Assembly (NCBI GenBank): GCA_035530375.1
Contig: DATKUY010000038.1
Location: 34,229-98,228 of the forward strand
Direction of reading: 5' to 3'
Source: Sulfuricella sp.
GTDB taxonomy: Bacteria > Pseudomonadota > Gammaproteobacteria > Burkholderiales > Sulfuricellaceae
DNA length: 64,000 nucleotides
Position numbers and translations under genes: made by a program. Within the stretch, counting starts at the first letter, position 1. The number at the start of each line of letters is the position of its first letter. Below the pieces are notes generated by a model. It made no database searches and was not told the DNA's origin. It worked only from the letters and a program-made list of their open reading frames with translations. Below, one piece after another: positions 9,351 through 15,727 of the stretch.

Positions 9351-11102
9351 CTCCTCGTGTTCTCCAATAGTCATTCTGTCGTTCATTGCCATTTCCGTCC
9401 GGGTTTTGCGTGCCGCCGCCGGCACGGGCATGATCATGACCTCCAGCGAGGGCGTGGCATTGAGAAAGCCGATATCGACCTGGTTGAGCAGGTCGGCCGG
9501 AATCGCCACCATGCCCTGAAATCCTGCCTGGATGCGAGCGGGCAGTTCCTTGATCGGGCAGAAACCCACTTCGCAGTAAGCGGCGAAGCCTCCCGGCACC
9601 ATCGTCGGCGACCGCCCCTCTTCGTAGAGCACGAGAAAATGCACTTTTTTCGTCTCGACGTTGCCGGCGGTCGCGTCGTTCAGCAACAAATGGATGTTTT
9701 CCACAAAACGCGTTTCGTCCAGCGGCTTGCTCATGGCGACATCCCCTCCCGCCGTTTCCCAGCCGGGGATGGCCGAAATCACCATGATCGGGATACGTTT
9801 CAGCTCGGGGTCGGCGCGCAGCAGGTTGATGGCCGTGCGCCCGTCCATCACCGGCATGGCGAGATCCATGGTAATCAAATCCGGCCGGTGGCTTTTCGCG
9901 ATGGCCAGCGCCGCCTGGCCGTCCGCCGCGGTAATCACCTCATATTCCTGTTCCTGCAGCAGTTGGGCGAAGTAATCGCGCACACCCGGATCGTCGTCCA
10001 CCACCAGCACCTTGGGTTTACCCTCCTTGCCGGCCACAGATTCGCCAGCGGCTTCCCGATGTTTTCCCTCCTCGACGAAGGAGGCGATGCGGGAAGTGAT
10101 TGCTACGGTTTCCGCCAGCCCCTCGGCGGCGGGCGGCAGCACCAGGGTGAACACGCTGCCTTGGCCGGGTTGCGATTGCGCCCATACCCGCCCGCCGTGC
10201 CGGCCGACGACTTCACGGCAAATCGCCAGCCCCAGGCCGGTTCCCTTGGGGCGATCCAGCAGGGTGTCGCCGTGCTTGGCCTGCTGGAATTTGTCGAAAA
10301 TCGCCTCCGCCTCCTCCTGCGGAAACCCGATGCCGGTGTCGTGGACCTCCATCTGGATCAGCTTTTCCGGGTTGAGGAAGGCTTTCACCGTCACCGAACC
10401 CTGATCGGTAAACTTGGCGGCGTTGTTGAGCAGGTTCACCAGCACTTGCTGCATGCGGTCGGCATCGCCGATGAATAGAGGTAATCCCGGCTGGATTTCG
10501 AGGCGTAATTCGACCGCCGGGTTCTGCTCGAACATGCCGTGCACCGCGTTGGCCGCATCCCGGATGAAGGCGGCGACCTGCAACGGGGCATCGTGCCAAT
10601 CGGTTCGCCCGGCCTCGATCTTGGCCAGATCGAGGACGTCGTTGATGAGACGGGTGAGTCGCTCCGATTCCTTGAGAATGATTTTCAGGTTTTCCTCGAT
10701 ACGGGCGGCTTTCTTTTGCAGTCCGGCGTCTTCCCCTGCCAGCGGCGCGAAACTGCGTGTGAACTCGCGGTCGATCAACTGTGAAAATCCGCGGATGGAA
10801 GTCAGCGGGGTGCGCAATTCGTGGGAGACCGAAGAGAGGAAGTCCGACTTCAGTTGATCCAGATTTTGCAAACGCTGGTTGGCTTCTTCCAGTTCGGCGT
10901 TGTTTTCGTTCAGGCGCTCGCCGGCGGCCTGGAGCCGGGTCAGGATGGCTTCGGTTTTTTCGAACTGCTCGACCACCAGTTGTGCGGTGATTTCCGCTGC
11001 TTCCCGCGACACGCGGATTTCCTCGCGCAGCATGCGGTTCTCCGCTTCGAGCGCTGTGTGCCCGTCATTTCCGGCTGTCAGGGTTGGATCATGACGCTCC
11101 AT
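9348..11102 (-). CDS. Hybrid histidine kinase without a recognizable input domain: coiled coil, HisKA, HATPase, REC and the same C-terminal ~100-aa domain
   Basis: The track ORF extends to 11255, but that part lies inside the protease gene. ATG 11100-11102 is preferred (GAGG upstream), giving MERHDPTLTAGNDGH... (584 aa). It is a close paralog of 6355-9201 from FEKTEAILTRLQ onward and has no TM, Cache or PAS. The start overlaps the protease stop by 14 nt. Confidence 0.85.
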   Translation of the reverse strand: MERHDPTLTAGNDGHTALEAENRMLREEIRVSREAAEITAQLVVEQFEKTEAILTRLQAAGERLNENNAELEEANQRLQNLDQLKSDFLSSVSHELRTPLTSIRGFSQLIDREFTRSFAPLAGEDAGLQKKAARIEENLKIILKESERLTRLINDVLDLAKIEAGRTDWHDAPLQVAAFIRDAANAVHGMFEQNPAVELRLEIQPGLPLFIGDADRMQQVLVNLLNNAAKFTDQGSVTVKAFLNPEKLIQMEVHDTGIGFPQEEAEAIFDKFQQAKHGDTLLDRPKGTGLGLAICREVVGRHGGRVWAQSQPGQGSVFTLVLPPAAEGLAETVAITSRIASFVEEGKHREAAGESVAGKEGKPKVLVVDDDPGVRDYFAQLLQEQEYEVITAADGQAALAIAKSHRPDLITMDLAMPVMDGRTAINLLRADPELKRIPIMVISAIPGWETAGGDVAMSKPLDETRFVENIHLLLNDATAGNVETKKVHFLVLYEEGRSPTMVPGGFAAYCEVGFCPIKELPARIQAGFQGMVAIPADLLNQVDIGFLNATPSLEVMIMPVPAAARKTRTEMAMNDRMTIGEHEE

Positions 11103-11517
11103 GAATGGCGACCTCCATGCTGCGTTCGGCCAGTGCGCGGATAGCCGGTTCATCCATCGCGCCCTCCGCACCGACCAGCGCGATTTCCGGCAGCGGCGCC
11201 GCGCATACCTGCGGCAACAACTGCAACAGGTAAGGCAATCCTGCGCCATGGCCATAGCGGCCGGCGTAACCGGCCACCTGTTCGCGGCTCAGCACCACAA
11301 TACCGTCGGCGTCCGCCACGCCTGCCAAGGCATCGACGAACACCACGCGGCACTTGCCTTCCACCAGCCGCAGCAGATCCAGGCCGCACAAACCGCCGTC
11401 GAATACTTCGATGCCCTGCGGAATAGCGCTGCCTGTCAGGCAGTCGAACACGCGGCAACCGACGTCGTCGCCCGGAACGAAGCGGTTGCCAAGACAGATG
11501 ACGGCGGTTTGGGTCAC
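11089..11517 (-). CDS. Hydrogenase maturation endopeptidase (HyaD/HupD/HoxM family)
   Basis: The track ORF is 11089-11634, but its 5' part overlaps the large-subunit gene. GTG 11515-11517 gives (M)TQTAVICLGNRFVPGDDVGCRV..., 142 aa. Family motifs present: GNxxxxDDxxG, VVFVDA and GHGAG. Confidence 0.8.
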   Translation of the reverse strand: MTQTAVICLGNRFVPGDDVGCRVFDCLTGSAIPQGIEVFDGGLCGLDLLRLVEGKCRVVFVDALAGVADADGIVVLSREQVAGYAGRYGHGAGLPYLLQLLPQVCAAPLPEIALVGAEGAMDEPAIRALAERSMEVAIHGAS

Positions 11518-11521
11518 GATT

Positions 11522-13057
11522 TCAACACCGCAACGGGGTTTTATCGGCGCCGACCACATGCACCGTGCATACCAGGCACGGGTCGAAGGAGCGCACCACA
11601 TGGCCGGCTTCCACCGGGTTGTCGATATCCGCAATCGGGGTACCGATCAACGCTTCCTCCCATGGCCCGCGCACCCCCGCATGGTCGCGCGGCGAACCGT
11701 TCCAGGCGGTGGGGGTGACGATCTGGTAGCGGGCAATCTTGCCGTCGCGAATCTCCACCCAATGCCCCAGTGCGCCGCGCGCTGCCTCGACCAGACCAAA
11801 ACCGCGCCCGTCCTTGATGGGCGGAACCGGCTCGTAATAGGGTTGGTCGGGCCGCGCGGCCATTTCGCCTAGCCAACTTTCCATAGCGGCCAGCAGCGTT
11901 GCCGGACGGGTAAGACGCGCCAACTGGCGAATGACCAGGTTGGCGCCGTCGCGCCGCAGCAGGTCGCCAAACAACGGGTCGCCGCCGACGATGCGTTCGG
12001 CCAGCGGCCCGGTTTCCGCCGGCAAGCCGGCGTAGCGCGGCGCTTTGCTCCACGAGTATTTTTTGCCGTCGGCGCCGGTGGCATGGGGAACGGTTTCGCC
12101 CTCGAACGGGTGTTTTCCGCCATCGTAATCGGCGTACCACGACGAGGCGACATGCTCCGCCACCAGGGCTTGGTCGAAGGGCTGCGCATGCCCATCCCTG
12201 GCGACGAAGCCGGATCCGACCAATTGTGTTCCCGCGCCGCTGCCGGCGACGGCGCTGTCGCCGGGCAGTTCCAGCGAACCGCAGGATAAAAAATGGCCGT
12301 GCCCCTGCCCCAAGGCGAACAGTCCAGCTTCGCGGGCGAAGCGCAGGAAGAAGCCGACATCGCTGTCGCGCTGAGCATCGCTCTCGTTCAGCCAGGCGTC
12401 GAGATCGGCGGCGCTTTGCACTGCCTGCCAGCGTTCCAGCGAACAGCCGAGCACGCTTTTTTCATACCAACTGCGATAATGTTTCAGGATATGGCGGCAC
12501 TGGTTCAGTTCGGCCAGTGGCGGAATATAGGACACGCCGCCCGGCACCATGAACGAGCTGTGCGGCCACTGACCGCCGAGAATGGCGATGATCTCCAGGA
12601 GGGTCTTGGTCTGCCGCACCACGTCGATGCAGCGCTCGCCTGCCAGCGGCGCGTAGCGCTTGACTGCCTCGGCGTATAACGAGTGCGCCGCGTAAACCGG
12701 CGCGGCGAAATCCGGCAGGAACATCAGCACCGACTGGCGCACGTCGCTCTGGCAATGCTCGACCATCAGCGTCACGTTGCGCAGCCGGACGGCATTATCC
12801 GGTAGATCGACCCCGGCGATATGGTCGAGCGCCTTGGCTGCCGCCATCAGGTGAGTGGTGCTGCATATGCCGCAGACGCGAGGGGTGATCACCAATCCAT
12901 CGAGCGCGCCGCGACCCACCAGAATGTTCTCGAAGCCGCGGAACATCGTGCCTGAACTCCAGGCATCGACAACCCGATTGTTTTCCAGTTCGACGCGGAT
13001 TTCCAGGTCGCCTTCGACGCGGTTGAGGGGAATGTCGCGGATGATTCTTCTCGTCAT
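11522..13057 (-). CDS. [NiFe] hydrogenase large subunit, cytoplasmic sensor-like type (HoxC/HupV-like) with an 11-residue C-terminal extension
   Basis: 511 aa. N-terminus IPLNRVEGDLEIRVE rather than TRIEGH. Ni ligand motifs PRVCGICS and DPCLVCTVH, followed by VVGADKTPLRC. GGGAG Shine-Dalgarno in the 13-nt gap after the small-subunit gene. Confidence 0.9.
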   Translation of the reverse strand: MTRRIIRDIPLNRVEGDLEIRVELENNRVVDAWSSGTMFRGFENILVGRGALDGLVITPRVCGICSTTHLMAAAKALDHIAGVDLPDNAVRLRNVTLMVEHCQSDVRQSVLMFLPDFAAPVYAAHSLYAEAVKRYAPLAGERCIDVVRQTKTLLEIIAILGGQWPHSSFMVPGGVSYIPPLAELNQCRHILKHYRSWYEKSVLGCSLERWQAVQSAADLDAWLNESDAQRDSDVGFFLRFAREAGLFALGQGHGHFLSCGSLELPGDSAVAGSGAGTQLVGSGFVARDGHAQPFDQALVAEHVASSWYADYDGGKHPFEGETVPHATGADGKKYSWSKAPRYAGLPAETGPLAERIVGGDPLFGDLLRRDGANLVIRQLARLTRPATLLAAMESWLGEMAARPDQPYYEPVPPIKDGRGFGLVEAARGALGHWVEIRDGKIARYQIVTPTAWNGSPRDHAGVRGPWEEALIGTPIADIDNPVEAGHVVRSFDPCLVCTVHVVGADKTPLRC

Positions 13058-13070
13058 GGCAGGCTCCCGC

Positions 13071-14006
13071 TCAAACCTTGGTTTCGCGCTTCTTCAGGCG
13101 CTCCGGCGCGGCCGCAGCGGCCATCCCCTTGTACACCATGTAATGGGCGCGACTGATGCCTTTCGGCAACTCGATGGGTACGCCCTCGATGTTGCGGGTT
13201 TCGAAGAAAGGGAAAGGCATCGGGAATTCCGGGCTGGTGCAGCCGAAGCACGGTACGCCTGCCCGTGTCTTGGACGAGCGGTTGTTCCATAGCAACTTGT
13301 TGCACGGCCCATCGGCCAGCGGCCCGTGACAGCCCTTGTGGAAAAACAGGCAGCCGCGCTGGGCGAAATCCCATTCCTCGACGCGGTACTCGTGATATTC
13401 GTTACGGGTGCAGCCCTGATGCACCGTCATGCCGTACCAGTCAAGCGGCCGGTTGAATTCGTCCAGTTCCAGCGCTTGCCCGGCGACCAGCGCGGACAAC
13501 GTACCGGCCATGACTTCGGCATGGCACGGGCAGCCCGCCAGGTTAATCACCGGCAAGCCGGATTTTGAACGGAAATCCTTGCCGAGCAGCCCACCGGGCT
13601 GTTTTTTCAGGAACTGCAAACCGGTGGCCTGGATATCGCTGTCGGCGCCTATCCCGCCGAACGCGGCACAAGTGCCGGCAGCGACCACCATGCGCGCTTG
13701 TGCCGCCAGCGCCGACACCAGATCCTTTTTAGGGCGTCCATTTCTGACGTCGAACATGCCGGTGCTGGCGGGGCCGCGAATGATCGCGCCTTCCACCACC
13801 AGAATGTCCAGCGCTTGTTCCCCTTGGGTCAGGCTTTCGACCAGCTCGTTCTGTGCCACGGGCGACAGGGTCGACAAGGACGGATGCCACAGGAGTTGAA
13901 TGCCGAGGATGTCGAACAACTCGATCATATCCGGGGATTCGGTATTGAGAAACGACATGGTGTCGCCGCCGCACCCGCCGCATTGCAACCAGAATAACGA
14001 AGCCAT
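13071..14006 (-). CDS. [NiFe] hydrogenase small subunit, cytoplasmic type without Tat signal (HoxB/HupU-like)
   Basis: 311 aa. It starts directly at MASLFWLQCGGCGGDTMSF with no RRxFLK signal. FeS cysteine motifs GTCAAFGG, AGCPCH, CHGPLADGPC and VPCFGC. Confidence 0.9.
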   Translation of the reverse strand: MASLFWLQCGGCGGDTMSFLNTESPDMIELFDILGIQLLWHPSLSTLSPVAQNELVESLTQGEQALDILVVEGAIIRGPASTGMFDVRNGRPKKDLVSALAAQARMVVAAGTCAAFGGIGADSDIQATGLQFLKKQPGGLLGKDFRSKSGLPVINLAGCPCHAEVMAGTLSALVAGQALELDEFNRPLDWYGMTVHQGCTRNEYHEYRVEEWDFAQRGCLFFHKGCHGPLADGPCNKLLWNNRSSKTRAGVPCFGCTSPEFPMPFPFFETRNIEGVPIELPKGISRAHYMVYKGMAAAAAPERLKKRETKV

Positions 14007-14027
14007 ACCCCACCTTTTTATTAATTA

Positions 14028-14040
14028 TTGATTTTTATCA
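14028..14040. promoter_or_regulatory. FNR/CRP-family-like palindrome TTGAT-TTTT-ATCAt in the leader of the sensor-type hydrogenase operon
   Basis: Same 13-mer core as 1943-1955. It lies 21 nt upstream of the ATG at 14004-14006, just 5' of the AAGGTGGGG Shine-Dalgarno. Confidence 0.3.
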
Positions 14041-14070
14041 TGATTTTCTAACTTTATGGTTTTTCAAGTG

Positions 14071-14190
14071 TAACAAACATATGCCATTCATGTATATATT
14101 AATTACGGCTCGGATGAACCTCGACCACCAGACAGTGCCCCGCCCTTCGGTTGTCACAATTTGCACCCTCTGCCTGGTCTCGGCGAGCGG
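14071..14190 (-). promoter_or_regulatory. Conserved hydrogenase upstream element, copy B
   Basis: Homologous by eye to 1984-2113. See copy A. Confidence 0.5.
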
Positions 14191-14229
14191 TCCGACGGTG
14201 TCGAGCACGCCGGACATGGCTGCAGTCGC

Positions 14230-14691
14230 TCAGGTGTTGGGATGACTGTGCAGATGGGAATGCGCGCCGTGCTCATGCTCCTCCACATCCAGGTTGACCG
14301 GAATCAGGTTGAGCTGGCCGTGGCGCACGCCGCGCTCGGCGATGACGCTATCCGAAAAAGCCCGCACCTCGGCGGTCGGCCCACGCAGAATCACGGTTTC
14401 CAGGCAATCGTCGTGGTTGAGGTGGACGTGCATGGTGGACAGGTTGAGGTGGTGATGAGCGTGCTGCAGGCTGGTAAGCCGCGCCGCCAGGTCGCGTTCG
14501 TGATGGTTATAGACATAGCTCAGACTGGCGATGCAATTGGGCGCCTCGGCACTGCAGATGCGCCGCGCTTCAAGCTGTTGTCGCAGCATGTCGCGCACTG
14601 CCTCGGAACGGTTCAGGTAGCCGCGGCTCTTGATCAGATCGTCGAACTGCCGCGCCAGCGATTCGTCCAGGGAAAAGGTAAAACGTTCCAT
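14230..14691 (-). CDS. nikR: Nickel-responsive transcriptional regulator NikR
   Basis: The track ORF is 14230-14811; ATG 14689-14691 is preferred. MERFTFSLDESLARQFDDLIKSRGYLNRSEAVRDMLR is the ribbon-helix-helix N-terminus. The ACT-like C-domain has His and Cys ligands (YVYNHHERDL, HAHHH, HVHLNHDDCLE), followed by a His-rich tail. Confidence 0.9.
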   Translation of the reverse strand: MERFTFSLDESLARQFDDLIKSRGYLNRSEAVRDMLRQQLEARRICSAEAPNCIASLSYVYNHHERDLAARLTSLQHAHHHLNLSTMHVHLNHDDCLETVILRGPTAEVRAFSDSVIAERGVRHGQLNLIPVNLDVEEHEHGAHSHLHSHPNT

Positions 14692-14811
14692 AGCCTCTCT
14701 TTCATGCAAGATAAATGCCGCGCCAGAAATCCAGCTTACCGCCAAATTATTCCCGGGAATAGGCAGGACTCCATGCAAGACAAGGAGCCCTGTAACTATG
14801 GCACGAAACAT

Positions 14812-14838
14812 GTATGATGATTATTAAAGTTATCATAA
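14812..14838. promoter_or_regulatory. Candidate NikR operator GTATGAT-N13-ATCATAA
   Basis: Inverted repeat 16 nt upstream of the NiCoT ATG, in the nikR/NiCoT divergent intergenic region. It resembles the E. coli nik operator GTATGA-N16-TCATAC; here the form is GTATGA-N15-TCATAA. Confidence 0.55.
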
Positions 14839-14854
14839 CCGCAAGGAACCCGAG

Positions 14855-15691
14855 ATGGAAAATTTGCCCAACGACTGGCTCGCGCTGCTGGCTCTGGTAT
14901 TCGTGCTGGGGCTGAAACACGGCTTCGATCCCGACCACCTCGCCACCATCGACGGCCTGACCCGCTTCAACGCCGCCGCCAACAAACCCCGGCTGTCGCG
15001 CTGGTCGGGCCTGCTGTTCTCGCTCGGCCATGGCACCGTGGTGATGGCGGTGGCGGTGCTGGTCGGCCTCGTCGCCAAGCGCTGGGCGATACCCGCCTGG
15101 ATCGAGGATTTGGGCGCATGGATTTCGATTTTGTTCCTGCTCGCGCTCGGCGCGGTCAACCTCCTTGCCGTCATCCGCGCCCGCCCCGACCAAGTGGTGC
15201 GCATGACCGGTCTGAAAGGTCGCTGGCTGGGCAGACTCAGCCAGGCCAGCCATCCCGTGCTGATCGCCTGCATCGGCGCGCTGTTCGCCCTTTCCTTCGA
15301 CACCTTGAGCCAGACCGCGCTGTTTTCCCTGGCCGCATCGAGCATGGCAGGCTGGCTATACTCGGTGGTACTCGGCCTGGCTTTCATGCTCGGCATGATT
15401 GCCACCGACGGCATCAACGGTCTGTGGATTTCGCATTTGCTCAACCGCGCCGACCAGCGCGCGCTGATTGCTTCGCGCGTGATGGGCCTGACGGTGGGCA
15501 GCTTGAGCCTGTTGGTCGGCGCGTTCGGCATCGTCAAATATTTTTTCCCCGAAGTCGGCGCCCACACCGAGGGACGCGAACTGCTGATGGGACTGGCCGT
15601 GGTCGTCATCGTGGCATTGAGCTTCTATCTCGCCTTGCACCTGTCGCGCCGTCAGCCCGCCACGCTCGCGCCGCTTTCTTCCGAAAACTGA
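14855..15691 (+). CDS. NiCoT-family nickel/cobalt permease (HoxN/NixA-like, short form)
   Basis: 278 aa polytopic membrane protein. It carries the NiCoT signatures LKHGFDPDHLATIDG and FSLGHGTVV, plus LGMIATDGINGLW. Confidence 0.85.
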   Translation: MENLPNDWLALLALVFVLGLKHGFDPDHLATIDGLTRFNAAANKPRLSRWSGLLFSLGHGTVVMAVAVLVGLVAKRWAIPAWIEDLGAWISILFLLALGAVNLLAVIRARPDQVVRMTGLKGRWLGRLSQASHPVLIACIGALFALSFDTLSQTALFSLAASSMAGWLYSVVLGLAFMLGMIATDGINGLWISHLLNRADQRALIASRVMGLTVGSLSLLVGAFGIVKYFFPEVGAHTEGRELLMGLAVVVIVALSFYLALHLSRRQPATLAPLSSEN

Positions 15692-15727
15692 ATCCGAACA
15701 ACTTTCACTAAAGGGGATCTTTTCGTC

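Noticed and set aside
11522-11560. Selenocysteine ([NiFeSe]-type) reading of the hydrogenase large-subunit C-terminal motif
   Set aside because: The motif is DPCLVCTVH with ordinary Cys codons and no in-frame TGA. The C-terminus of the membrane-bound large subunit lies outside the window.
11103-11634. Upstream extensions of the input-less kinase ORF (to 11255) and of the protease ORF (to 11634)
   Set aside because: Each extension lies inside the preceding gene's coding region and translates to Cys/Arg/Trp-rich nonsense. Internal starts with Shine-Dalgarno sequences give N-termini typical of the families.
14071-14087. Possible sigma-54 promoter in the conserved hydrogenase upstream element (minus strand TGGCATATGTTTGTTAC; copy A has TAGCATATGCTGCTTATGTTAC at 1984-2005)
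   Set aside because: MBH promoters are sigma-54-dependent in Ralstonia, so I looked for one. Here the GG-to-GC spacing is off by one to two nucleotides. Copy A lacks the GG, copy B lacks the GC, and no NtrC-type activator gene is present.
14799-14814. Sigma-54-like sequence TGGCACGAAACATGTA upstream of the NiCoT gene
   Set aside because: The -24 part is perfect (TGGCACG), but the -12 part reads ATGTA instead of TTGCA and lacks the conserved GC. It also overlaps the better-supported NikR inverted repeat. It is not called as a promoter.
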